A stretch of 20,000 nt of DNA, from the IMG/VR virus record IMGVR_UViG_3300021197_001946; one strand, given 5' to 3'. Source of the DNA: an uncultured virus (IMG/VR IMGVR_UViG_3300021197_001946) (Duplodnaviria; Heunggongvirae; Uroviricota; Caudoviricetes). Position numbers and translations under genes: made by a program. Positions 1-8,945 of the stretch are shown piece after piece. Numbering within the stretch: the stretch's first letter is position 1; each line of letters starts with the position of its first letter. The notes beneath the pieces were generated by a model that had not been told where the DNA came from, made no database searches, and worked only from the letters and a program-made list of their open reading frames with translations.

Positions 1-13
1 AAAAAAATATTAG

Positions 14-895
14 ATGAATTATAGATACGACAACGTAGTTGTTGGTAGTTCTTTTGAAGCGGTTTTATTTGCATTTACTCATCGTTATCCTTTATTGTGT
101 ACTGAGTATGATAGGCCGTTTAGGTTCGACTATCTTGACTCTGAGCTTAATCTCGACTCTGTGGGGCTTGATAATAAGCCAACAAAGATAAAGACAATAT
201 CTGAAGAGCTTATCGTTGGTATTCCTAAATCTTTGTTGTGGGAACGGCTGTTGTTCATACTATCGCTTGAATCATTGAGTCCCTTATCGAACCTTTGCAC
301 ATCTTTGCGAAAAATAGATAACAAGATAGTCTGCTCAAATGAATATTCTAAAATAGCAGAGATAGAATTCAATACCTGCCACTACTTCTACGATAACAAT
401 GCATCGGGATTTGCTATAGAAAAAACACTTGCCTCTGACAAATATATATGCTATGATTGGATAGCAATCAACAGAGGTGGCAAGCAACAAATCGATCTTA
501 TAGAGACAGGTGACCATTTTACAAAAGAAATGTGGTTTTATCCATCAGACCGCATTGATGGTCGAACACCCGTAAAGGATGTTTGCACGGTCTCCCTGCT
601 CACAGCCGAACAAATAAAAGACTTTAACTACTCAGAAACGATGGCTCGTTTTAAACTCTTACACGAGATGGAGACGAGAGGTATGAAAGGGCCGTCAAAT
701 GGATATGGACCAAATGGAAAACTCAAACATTACAAGATTAGAGCTACTAGCGTCAATCGCACAATCCGTAAGCTCAAGCACGAAATTAGATCAAAAACCA
801 GCGATATTAAAATTGCAGAGTTTAACAAAAAAGATTATTACGAAAACTTGCCGGAGGCTTGTGTGGGATACGATAGACTTCTGAGGCATCTATGA
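14..895 (+). CDS. Hypothetical protein with a degenerate N-terminal Rossmann-like (FAD/NAD-binding) motif
   Basis: 293-aa ORF; N-terminus YDNVVVGSSFEAVLFA resembles the beta-alpha-beta start of flavoproteins but lacks a full GxGxxG; stop overlaps next ATG (ATGA 892-895). Confidence 0.45.
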   Translation: MNYRYDNVVVGSSFEAVLFAFTHRYPLLCTEYDRPFRFDYLDSELNLDSVGLDNKPTKIKTISEELIVGIPKSLLWERLLFILSLESLSPLSNLCTSLRKIDNKIVCSNEYSKIAEIEFNTCHYFYDNNASGFAIEKTLASDKYICYDWIAINRGGKQQIDLIETGDHFTKEMWFYPSDRIDGRTPVKDVCTVSLLTAEQIKDFNYSETMARFKLLHEMETRGMKGPSNGYGPNGKLKHYKIRATSVNRTIRKLKHEIRSKTSDIKIAEFNKKDYYENLPEACVGYDRLLRHL

Positions 896-1761
896 AGCAT
901 CTAGCTGGCATTATTCCAGTTGCCAATATCGATCATGATTATGGGCTACCATACGATCCTCTGTTGATGCCAATCGAAAAAGACTATACTATGTTGCAAA
1001 GCTCTATACACGAATGTGCGATAGCCGGCTGCAATACGATATGGATTATTGTCAACGACGATTTGTCTCCTGTTTTGAGAAAGCATATCGGAGAGTGGGT
1101 GTACGATCCGGTATACTTTAACCGCACATTCACTAAATTCCCTTCAGAAAATCGCAAGGAGATACCAATTTATTATGTTCCAATTAATCCTAAACATCGC
1201 GATCGATTTGATTCTTATGGGTGGTCTATTTTATATGGATGCTATATGTCCTGGTATACTTCTTATAAGATCTCAAAGTGGCTCAAGCCGCACAATTTCT
1301 ATATTTCCTTCCCGATGTCAGTTTACGATATAGCACCGATAAGGGAGAGTCGAAATATTATCACTGATCAGTCGAAGAATTTTATGATTTCACACAATAG
1401 CGAAACGATCTTAGATGGATTGCCGGCGTCATTTACAATGAACGGAGAAGATTATAAAAAATGTAGAGATAATATAAAAAAATTAACATCAAGAGAATAT
1501 TTACCCCCTGGGGAGGGTGAGCAATATCCGTCTAAAAAGCTACCTCTTGAAGAGCGCTGGTCAGCGCGCTCATTTGACTTGAAGACTGTCTTCTCTCCCT
1601 TGAACTCTAAAGAGGTGCACAAGGAGCACGCCACCTTTTTTTTCGATAATAGAAAATGGGAAAATTATGTTAAAATGATTAGCAGTGACAATAGAATAGT
1701 CATACCGAATAAAGAATTACTCAAACCTCGCTTCCACAATAAAATACCACATGTTGATTGA
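892..1761 (+). CDS. Nucleotidyltransferase-like (NTP_transferase/GT-A fold) protein, degenerate active-site motif
   Basis: N-terminus LAGIIPVAN...PLLMPI...MLQSSIHECAIAGCNTIWIIVN follows the pattern of sugar-1-phosphate nucleotidyltransferases (GIILAGGxGTRL..PKxLLPI...I.....AGI..I.IV), without the GxGTR and PK residues. Confidence 0.55.
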   Translation: MKHLAGIIPVANIDHDYGLPYDPLLMPIEKDYTMLQSSIHECAIAGCNTIWIIVNDDLSPVLRKHIGEWVYDPVYFNRTFTKFPSENRKEIPIYYVPINPKHRDRFDSYGWSILYGCYMSWYTSYKISKWLKPHNFYISFPMSVYDIAPIRESRNIITDQSKNFMISHNSETILDGLPASFTMNGEDYKKCRDNIKKLTSREYLPPGEGEQYPSKKLPLEERWSARSFDLKTVFSPLNSKEVHKEHATFFFDNRKWENYVKMISSDNRIVIPNKELLKPRFHNKIPHVD

Positions 1762-1987
1762 ATTTGATATAGAAAAAACTACACTCGGACGTATCCCAGT
1801 AGGGGGCCTGTTTACATATAACAATAAACTATGGAAAGTAGTCAACAAAATAGACGGGGAAAGTAAGTCGCTTGTGGCAAATGTAGGAAATGGATGTAGA
1901 GACAGTTTTTCGCTTGCATTTTTGGAGAAGGTGTGCTATATTATAGAAGCTAGAAACATTCAGGAGGGCACTTATGAATCGAGTTGA
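1751..1987 (+). CDS. Small hypothetical protein
   Basis: 78-aa ORF that fills the gap between flanking genes and overlaps both; no recognisable motif; contains the predicted dnaE promoter. Confidence 0.5.
   Translation: MLIEFDIEKTTLGRIPVGGLFTYNNKLWKVVNKIDGESKSLVANVGNGCRDSFSLAFLEKVCYIIEARNIQEGTYESS
1914..1942 (+). promoter_or_regulatory. Sigma-70-type promoter (extended -10) upstream of dnaE
   Basis: TTGCAT (1914-1919), 17-bp spacer, TG-n-TATATT (-10 at 1937-1942); SD AGGAGG at 1962-1967 before ATG 1974. Confidence 0.65.
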
Positions 1988-4900
1988 TTCTAAAATTAAA
2001 TTTGTTGGACTACACGCACACTCTGTGGCGGGGTCTATTTTCGATGCTATTGGGTATCCACAAGATCATATGGATTTTGCATACCAAAATGGCTGTGACG
2101 CCTTGGCGCTTACCGACCACGGCAATATGAACGGCCTTGCATATCAAGTGCTTCACGCAAAGAAGATGCAAGAGGCTGGTAAAGAGTTTAAGCCTATCTT
2201 TGGGTGCGAAGCTTACTTTACCCCTTCGATCGCAGAATGGCATGATGCATACAATCAAGCAATGGAAGATAAGAAGAAGGCACGTGCTATCAAGAAGGAT
2301 GCACAGTCAGGCGCCACCGTTGAGGATGAGGGTGATAGCAAAAAGACCCAAGGCATTCTCAAGCGCCGCCGCCACCTTGTGCTGTTGGCTCAAAACCAAA
2401 CAGGGCTCAGCAACTTGTTTAAGCTTGTATCAGAATCATATCAGCCTGAGAATTTCTATCGATACCCACGCATTGATTATGCTCTATTGAAGAAGTATAA
2501 CGAGGGGATTATTGCATCGTCTGCTTGTCTAGGTGGAGTATATGCTGGCAACTATTGGGAAAACAGAGAAGAGGGCCCCGAAGCTGTCCTTGAGTCAATG
2601 CGCGAATCGACGCGTCAAATGGTTGATATCTTTGGCGATCGTTGGTATGCAGAGATCCAGTGGAACAACATCAAAGAACAGCACGAACTTAACCAATATG
2701 TAATTCAAGTTGCGAAAGAGTTTGGTGTTGAGTTGATCACTACAGCCGATAGTCACTACCCCAACCCAGAAGCCTGGAAGGACAGGGAACTTTATAAGCG
2801 CTTAGGGTGGCTTGGTAAAGGCCGACCCTCTTGGGCTGACGAAGAGTCACAACTTCCAGAAGGTGTTGAAGAGATTGGGTATGAACTATATCCCAAGAAT
2901 GGTGATCAGATGTGGAAGAGCTACAAAGAATACTCCGAAGCAAGTGGTTTCCTGTATGATGACGCGACTGTTCTGAAATCTATCGAAGAAACCCACAGAA
3001 TCGCCCACCAGCGCATCGAAAAATTCCTGCCCGACAACACAGTGCGGCTGCCAGAATTTGTTGTGCCAGCAGGATTCACGGCTACTCAGGCGCTTGTTAA
3101 TTATGCACTCGAAGGTCTAAAGCAGAAAGGATTTCATAAAAATCCAAAATATGTGCAACGTTTGCGCGAAGAGCTTAACGTTATTGATGACAGAGGCTTT
3201 TCAAAATACTTCCTCACGATGAAGTCAATTGCCGATGTAGCTACTGAAATGATGCTCACTGGCCCGGGCCGTGGCTCAGCCGCCGGCTCCTTGGTAGCAT
3301 ATGCTCTCAATATTACGCAAGTTGACCCAATCAAGTACGGGCTACTGTTTTCTCGTTTCTTGCGTTCCGACGCAACTGATTACCCAGATATCGATTACGA
3401 TGTATCTGATAGTATGGCGCTGAAAGAGAAGCTTGTAGAAATGTGGGGCGCCGATTGTGTTGCGCCGATTTCCAACTGGAACACCCTACAACTTAAGTCC
3501 CTCATTAAAGATATATCGAAACTCTATGGTATTGAATTTACAGAAGTCAACACAGTCACCTCTATTATGATCCGTGAAGCTACACCTGATGCTAAGCGCA
3601 AGCACGGTATCAAAGCTGGTGTATATGCGCCCACTTGGGAAGAGGTCATTGAATTCTCCCCGACGCTTCGAGCGTATCTTAATAAGTATCCAGCAGTTAA
3701 AACACACGTTGAGGGCCTCGTTGGTCAGGTTCGCTCTTGTTCACGTCACGCCGGCGGCGTTGTTATTGCCGAAAACCTTGACAAAAGTATGCCACTGATC
3801 AATTCGGGTGGTGTTCGACAAGCTCCGTGGGCAGAAGGCCAGAACGTTCGACACCTTGAGCCGATGGGATTCATTAAGTTCGATTTGCTTGGTCTATCGA
3901 CATTGAAGATGATGGAAGGGTGCATCGAACATGTGTTGCGTCGTCATCATAATGTTGAAAGCCCAAGCTTCGCACAAGTCCGCGACTACTATGAAAAGTA
4001 TCTACATCCTGATGTTTTGGATATGAACGATCCAGGAGTTTACAAAAAGATATTCCATTCAGGTAAGTGGGCTGGTATCTTTCAGTTTACAGAAAGTGGA
4101 GCCCAGCAGTTTTGCACTCGTGTAAAGCCAACTAACATTATCGATGTTTCGGCTATTACCTCCATTTTTAGGCCCGGCCCACTTTCGGCTGGAGTTGATA
4201 ATGACTATGTGGAAGCAAAGGAACACCCACAGCGCATCAAATATCTTACACCAGAAGCTAGGGCAATCACTGAAGAAACTTTTGGCTTCCTCATCTTTCA
4301 AGAACAGATTGCATTGCTTGCACATAAGCTGGGTGGCCTTACTTTGGACGAAGGAAATATGCTGCGCAAGGTGCTTACAAAAAAGGGCACAGGCAAAGGC
4401 TCTGTGAAAGGTAGACTTCACGATAAATTCATTAAAGGGTGTGTTGCGAAAGACATTGACAGGGACGAGGCTCAATCGCTGTGGGATAAGTTTGAATTCT
4501 TCTCCGGCTACGGCTTTAACAAGTCGCATGCGGTCTCCTACTCAATTATTTCATATCAATGCGCGTGGCTCTATAATTATTATCCTGCTGAGTGGATGGC
4601 AGCGTTTTTGGACAAGGAGCCCGAGTCTCGTAAAGAGAAGGCCATCAATATTGCCAAGCAGTTTGGTTTCGAGATTGAACCCCTTGACGTCAACAAATCA
4701 GGTACCGTATGGGAGATAAATGATGACGGAAAGACACTCATTCAACCGCTCACCTCTATTAAGGGCCTGGGCGCTGCAGCTATCGAACAGATTTTAGCTA
4801 ATCGCCCAATCAAGACTGCTGAAGAAATGTTGTTTAATGAGAATATCACTTATTCAAAGCTCAACAAGAAGTCGTTGGATGCCTTATGTCGAGGCGGTGC

Positions 4901-5405
4901 GCTAGACCAGCTGGTTGACGAGCGCTTCACAGGCCGCAAGCATTTTTGGTCTGCGTGTGTTGTGGATCGCCCTAAGAACCTGAAGAAACTTAGCGAAAAT
5001 ATTGAGCTATACCGCCCCGAAGGTGATTTTACTGAAGAAGAAATTATACAATTTAAATCAGACCTAACTGGTGTATTTCCAATCAACTTAGTTATCAGTG
5101 ATGAAACGGTTGAAAGACTGAAGGAGAAGTATATCCCGCCAATTTCTGAGTTTGATGAAGAACTACAGGTTTGTTGGTTTATTCCACGCAAAGTTGCCGA
5201 GAGAAAAACAAAAAATGGTAAGCTTTATTGGATTGTTGAGGTGATTGACTCCAATAACGAACTAACTAAGATAAGGTGTTGGGGCGTAAAACCCGCTAAG
5301 GATAAGATACACCTTAACCGACCATATATGGCTCGACTGAAATATGATCAGAACTGGGGCTTCTCCACGTATGCTATCGGAAAAACTTTTAAACTGTTAG
5401 GATAA
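1974..5405 (+). CDS. dnaE: DNA polymerase III alpha subunit (family C, DnaE type)
   Basis: PHP motifs LHAHS, TDHG, GCEAY, HLVLL, SACLGG, DSHY; polymerase motifs GRGSAAGS, PDIDYD, HAGGVVI, KFDLLGL, FQEQ, YGFNKSHA; HhH (SIKGLG); ends after an OB-fold-like segment. Confidence 0.97.
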   Translation: MNRVDSKIKFVGLHAHSVAGSIFDAIGYPQDHMDFAYQNGCDALALTDHGNMNGLAYQVLHAKKMQEAGKEFKPIFGCEAYFTPSIAEWHDAYNQAMEDKKKARAIKKDAQSGATVEDEGDSKKTQGILKRRRHLVLLAQNQTGLSNLFKLVSESYQPENFYRYPRIDYALLKKYNEGIIASSACLGGVYAGNYWENREEGPEAVLESMRESTRQMVDIFGDRWYAEIQWNNIKEQHELNQYVIQVAKEFGVELITTADSHYPNPEAWKDRELYKRLGWLGKGRPSWADEESQLPEGVEEIGYELYPKNGDQMWKSYKEYSEASGFLYDDATVLKSIEETHRIAHQRIEKFLPDNTVRLPEFVVPAGFTATQALVNYALEGLKQKGFHKNPKYVQRLREELNVIDDRGFSKYFLTMKSIADVATEMMLTGPGRGSAAGSLVAYALNITQVDPIKYGLLFSRFLRSDATDYPDIDYDVSDSMALKEKLVEMWGADCVAPISNWNTLQLKSLIKDISKLYGIEFTEVNTVTSIMIREATPDAKRKHGIKAGVYAPTWEEVIEFSPTLRAYLNKYPAVKTHVEGLVGQVRSCSRHAGGVVIAENLDKSMPLINSGGVRQAPWAEGQNVRHLEPMGFIKFDLLGLSTLKMMEGCIEHVLRRHHNVESPSFAQVRDYYEKYLHPDVLDMNDPGVYKKIFHSGKWAGIFQFTESGAQQFCTRVKPTNIIDVSAITSIFRPGPLSAGVDNDYVEAKEHPQRIKYLTPEARAITEETFGFLIFQEQIALLAHKLGGLTLDEGNMLRKVLTKKGTGKGSVKGRLHDKFIKGCVAKDIDRDEAQSLWDKFEFFSGYGFNKSHAVSYSIISYQCAWLYNYYPAEWMAAFLDKEPESRKEKAINIAKQFGFEIEPLDVNKSGTVWEINDDGKTLIQPLTSIKGLGAAAIEQILANRPIKTAEEMLFNENITYSKLNKKSLDALCRGGALDQLVDERFTGRKHFWSACVVDRPKNLKKLSENIELYRPEGDFTEEEIIQFKSDLTGVFPINLVISDETVERLKEKYIPPISEFDEELQVCWFIPRKVAERKTKNGKLYWIVEVIDSNNELTKIRCWGVKPAKDKIHLNRPYMARLKYDQNWGFSTYAIGKTFKLLG

Positions 5406-5413
5406 AAAAACCA

Positions 5414-6019
5414 ATGCACATACTCAAAACGTTCAGCCCGCTTCTTAAGGAACCATCTCTTCTTGACGATTTACCGGTCGTAGCAAGAATCAACAAATTT
5501 GACGAGGCAACAGCAAAAGCATTTTCTTCTGTTGTTTCAAAGGCTCAAAATACAGGTCAGCCAGTTTTGCCAATAATTATAGACAGCTATGGTGGACAGG
5601 TCTATAGTTTAATGTCAATGATTTCTAATATTAAACATAGCAGGATCCCTGTTGCGACTATTATCGAAGGCAAAGCGATGTCTTGTGGAGCAATTTTGTT
5701 TAGTTTTGGGCAGGAAGGTATGCGTTACGTAGACCCCGACGCTACAATTATGATTCACGAAGTTAGCTCGATGAGTTGGGGTAAAGTTGAAGAGATCAAG
5801 GTCAGCGCCGATGAGACCGATCGATTAAACAAGAAGATTTTCCAAATGATGGCTGAGAACTGTGGCCACCATAAGGACTATTTCCTTGATATTGTGCACG
5901 AGAAAGGTCACGCTGATTGGTTTCTAGATGCCGATGAGTGCTTAAAGCACGGCCTGGCAAACTATTCACATATTCCTGAGCTTATAGTAGATACGCGAGT
6001 ATCTTTCAAGTTTGAATAG
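5414..6019 (+). CDS. clpP: ClpP-family serine protease (copy 1, Ser-His-Asp triad intact)
   Basis: IDSYGG, GKAMSCGAIL (nucleophile Ser), IMIHE (His), ADWFLDADE (Asp). Confidence 0.9.
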   Translation: MHILKTFSPLLKEPSLLDDLPVVARINKFDEATAKAFSSVVSKAQNTGQPVLPIIIDSYGGQVYSLMSMISNIKHSRIPVATIIEGKAMSCGAILFSFGQEGMRYVDPDATIMIHEVSSMSWGKVEEIKVSADETDRLNKKIFQMMAENCGHHKDYFLDIVHEKGHADWFLDADECLKHGLANYSHIPELIVDTRVSFKFE

Positions 6020-6032
6020 TTCTATATAGAGC

Positions 6033-6737
6033 ATGTCTGTCGCTAAAAAATTAAAGTGGAGGCGCGCCCTCTCCCGATTGAGATTTTGTTACGACGAACT
6101 GGAGTATACCAGAGAGTCAGCTAAGGCCTCTGCACCCGAATTTGAAGCATACTATCGTAAATTTTGTGCTGAGCACAACATAGACATCTCTCAACTTGAT
6201 CAGAACCACAAAGAGAGGCTCGACAATTTATATAGACGTCCAGAGATAACTGATGACGACGCTGACGATCAGCCCGATATAGATACAGTTGGCGATACGG
6301 CGATAGTAATTCATGATGATCTTCCCTTAGAGGGGGCTGAAGAGTATGAAATGACGTCCGATGACATAGCTATGCACGAATCGTTCTCGAAACTGTTCAA
6401 ACAGATTGCCCTCAAACTTCACCCTGACCGAATAGATAAATCATTACCAGACGACGAAATAAAGTCGAGAATAAATATGTTCCAAAAAGCCAATGACGCC
6501 TTTGAGAACAAAAAATATTATTTATTACTTGATTATGCCGATAAGTATAACATCTCAGTGCCAAAAAATTATGACCAACAAATTCGCTGGATGAAACGCG
6601 AGAGCGAAAAGGTCGTAGGCACGGTAGATTCTCACAAGAACACCTACAATTTTAATTTTTCCCAAGCTGAAACTGATGAAGAGAAGACAGCCTTGATTAA
6701 AAAATTTATATACCAAGTTTTTCGAATTATTGTATAA
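6033..6737 (+). CDS. J-domain (DnaJ-like) protein with internal J domain
   Basis: FSKLFKQIALKLHPDR...MFQKANDAFE: HPD motif between helices typical of J domains; acidic linker upstream. Confidence 0.75.
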   Translation: MSVAKKLKWRRALSRLRFCYDELEYTRESAKASAPEFEAYYRKFCAEHNIDISQLDQNHKERLDNLYRRPEITDDDADDQPDIDTVGDTAIVIHDDLPLEGAEEYEMTSDDIAMHESFSKLFKQIALKLHPDRIDKSLPDDEIKSRINMFQKANDAFENKKYYLLLDYADKYNISVPKNYDQQIRWMKRESEKVVGTVDSHKNTYNFNFSQAETDEEKTALIKKFIYQVFRIIV

Positions 6738-6744
6738 AAACCTG

Positions 6745-6773
6745 TTGACTTCACAGAACTGGTGTGGTATATT
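6745..6773 (+). promoter_or_regulatory. Sigma-70-type promoter (extended -10)
   Basis: TTGACT (6745-6750), 17-bp spacer, TG-n-TATATT (-10 at 6768-6773), intergenic; SD AGGAGG 6788-6793 before ATG 6799. Confidence 0.8.
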
Positions 6774-6798
6774 AATAAAGAACTTATAGGAGGGCCTA

Positions 6799-7053
6799 AT
6801 GGCTACAACAAACCAAGAGCGTAAGCGCTATGTCAAGGAGTATATCCGCTCACTGGCAGCAATCGAAGAGGCAATGGAGCCTTACAAGGAGCAGAAGCGA
6901 GATCTGCGAACCGAGTTTAAGGAAAACAATTGGCTCAGCACTGACGAGATTAGTGCAGCAGTCAAAGCATATCGACTGTTTAAGGGTAAAGTGAATATCG
7001 ACGAAGTAGTAGAAAACTTCCAAATGTTTTCAGGAGACGAAGATGATTCTTGA
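6799..7053 (+). CDS. Small helical protein, possibly GapR/DUF2312 or T4 DsbA-like DNA-binding protein
   Basis: 84 aa with strong SD; VKEYIRSLAAIEEAMEPYKEQKRDLRTEFKE...EISAAVKAYR resembles the coiled-coil plus helix pattern of GapR-like proteins. ORF solid, function tentative. Confidence 0.5.
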   Translation: MATTNQERKRYVKEYIRSLAAIEEAMEPYKEQKRDLRTEFKENNWLSTDEISAAVKAYRLFKGKVNIDEVVENFQMFSGDEDDS

Positions 7054-7504
7054 GTATGCGTTCGCTAGAAAAAATGCACACAGCCCCGAGCGTGCAAACC
7101 CATCTGATGCAGGCCTTGACGTTTTTTACTCGCCTGACCAAGATAATCAAGCAATTATGATTGAACCAGGTGACAGCAAGGTGATTCCAACCGGGCTGCG
7201 CTTCGGAGTGCCACATGGCTATATGTTAGAGGTGAAAAACAGAAGCTCAGTAGCCGCTAAGCGATCTCTGATTGTAGGCGCCTGCGTGGTAGACTCTGGG
7301 TATGATGGAGAAGTGTTTGTGAATTTGCATAATGTAGGCTCGAACACCCAATATGTCCGCAAGGGGGACAAGATTGCACAACTAGTAATGATTCCAGTAG
7401 TGCATTTTAGAGCGATGGCTAGCCATTCAGGGGACCTATACGGAAGCCCAATTACAATTAGTGACAGGGGCGATGGAGCCCTGGGGAGTACAGATGAGTC
7501 CTGA
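7043..7504 (+). CDS. dut: Trimeric dUTPase
   Basis: All five motifs: DAGLD, NRSSVA, VVDSGYDGE, GDKIAQLV, RGDGALGST. Confidence 0.96.
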   Translation: MILEYAFARKNAHSPERANPSDAGLDVFYSPDQDNQAIMIEPGDSKVIPTGLRFGVPHGYMLEVKNRSSVAAKRSLIVGACVVDSGYDGEVFVNLHNVGSNTQYVRKGDKIAQLVMIPVVHFRAMASHSGDLYGSPITISDRGDGALGSTDES

Positions 7505-8003
7505 GCAAGAATATCGCAAGCTATACGAGCGAATGGCACAAATTTGTGAACAGCAAGGATGGGGAGATCCATTCAGTTATGCTCGAAGTAAAGAGATTTA
7601 CGCAGCTACAGTATTGGGTCACACAGTGGCCACCACATTTTCTGGTGCCGATGCGTTTAACCAAGCTAATCAGCCGGTGGAATATAAGTCTACGATTGCA
7701 AAGAACTGCAAGGGATCATATACCGGCATTTCCGTGCAAGAAACTTGGGAAGAGCAAGAGAGATATTTATTTGAAGAAAAGCTTGCAAAATATCCCGAAC
7801 ACTATTATAATAGATTTAACGCTGGAAAACTAGTTGAATCTTGGATGATGAAGGGTGCTGATGTCTTTGACGTTTTGACCCCAAAGCTAGAAGCAAAATA
7901 TCCAGATGTCCTTACTAAGAAGGACCCACGCCTTAGTGCAAATGTATCTTGGAGAGAAATCAAACAATATGGAAAAAAGGTATATGAAAATGAACAAAAA
8001 TAA
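7494..8003 (+). CDS. Putative PvuII-like type II restriction endonuclease (PD-(D/E)XK fold)
   Basis: Start placed at ATG 7494 (GGGGAG at 7483-7488), 169 aa. GWGDPF...LGHTV...GADAFNQANQPVEYKS and C-terminal EIKQYGKKVY parallel R.PvuII as recalled (GINDIF...GLTV...GNDAVDNAGQEYELKS; YVMEHGTKIY); directly upstream of a methyltransferase. Confidence 0.65.
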   Translation: MSPEQEYRKLYERMAQICEQQGWGDPFSYARSKEIYAATVLGHTVATTFSGADAFNQANQPVEYKSTIAKNCKGSYTGISVQETWEEQERYLFEEKLAKYPEHYYNRFNAGKLVESWMMKGADVFDVLTPKLEAKYPDVLTKKDPRLSANVSWREIKQYGKKVYENEQK

Positions 8004-8006
8004 AGT

Positions 8007-8945
8007 ATGAGCAACATAGCCCTCAAACACCAAGAAGGTCTGCAATTTCTGTCGGATATACCCGACAACTCTGTAGATCTAATCTTGACAGACCCCCCTT
8101 ATATCACATCGCGTGATTCAGGTATGGACAAGTGGGTCGATCATGTAGCGAAGCAAGATGAGGCTGGGGCTAAGAACCTACGTACTGTTGAACAGTGGCA
8201 GGACCTTAAAACACTTCGTGAGTGGGTTGATTTTCTAAAAAATGATCGGTCATTGTACAACTATGATGAGGAAGGCAAGCCGTCTGAACTAATCACTGGA
8301 TTACCAAAGCGAAAGCTAAAGAAGTATAAGGCAGACTACCTCAAATATGGTAGTATCTACGGTAAAAAGTATGCCGTTAAAACCAACTATGGTGATTGGG
8401 ATTCGCAGTTTACTATGGAGCAGCTTGAGCTTTTCACTAAGCACTTCTATCGCATTCTTCGTCCTGGTGGCACGTGCATTATATTCTTTGATTTGTGGAA
8501 GATTACTAATCTCAAGGACATGCTTGAGGGCGAGAAGTTTAAGCAAATCAGGCTTATCGAATGGATTAAGACAAACCCACAACCAATCAACAGCAAAGTA
8601 AATTACCTTACAAACTGTAGAGAGATTGCACTGCTGGGTGTTAAGAAGTCCAAGCCGACGTTCAACAGCAAATATGACAAGGGTATTTACGAATACCCCC
8701 TCCAGGGCGGCAAAAATCGTTTCCACCCTACGCAAAAAAGTCTGCCACTGTTTGAGGCCTTGATAGAAAAGCACTCGAAGGAAGGGGACTTGGTGCTCGA
8801 TTGTTTTGCTGGGTCTGCCACCACTGCGATCGCAGCAATCAAAACTAATCGTAACTTTGTTGGTTGCGAGATGGATGAGACATATTATAACAAATCACTA
8901 GAAAGGATAGAAAGTGAACAAAACAACACAAAAAACAATGTTTAG
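8007..8945 (+). CDS. Beta-class amino-DNA methyltransferase (N6_N4_Mtase)
   Basis: SVDLILTDPPY (motif IV) near N-terminus, RILRPGG, HPTQKS, VLDCFAGSATT (motif I) near C-terminus, giving beta order. Confidence 0.93.
   Translation: MSNIALKHQEGLQFLSDIPDNSVDLILTDPPYITSRDSGMDKWVDHVAKQDEAGAKNLRTVEQWQDLKTLREWVDFLKNDRSLYNYDEEGKPSELITGLPKRKLKKYKADYLKYGSIYGKKYAVKTNYGDWDSQFTMEQLELFTKHFYRILRPGGTCIIFFDLWKITNLKDMLEGEKFKQIRLIEWIKTNPQPINSKVNYLTNCREIALLGVKKSKPTFNSKYDKGIYEYPLQGGKNRFHPTQKSLPLFEALIEKHSKEGDLVLDCFAGSATTAIAAIKTNRNFVGCEMDETYYNKSLERIESEQNNTKNNV

Noticed and set aside
4908..4913. Avoidance of the PvuII site CAGCTG as support for the R-M call
   Set aside because: The site occurs here, and site-depletion statistics cannot be computed reliably by eye.
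1974..5405. Intein or intron in dnaE
   Set aside because: ORF is continuous and of normal length; no intein splice motifs or LAGLIDADG blocks seen.
7461..7493. GTG 7461 start for the nuclease-like ORF
   Set aside because: Overlaps dUTPase motif V; ATG 7494 has a well-spaced GGGGAG and gives a PvuII-like length.
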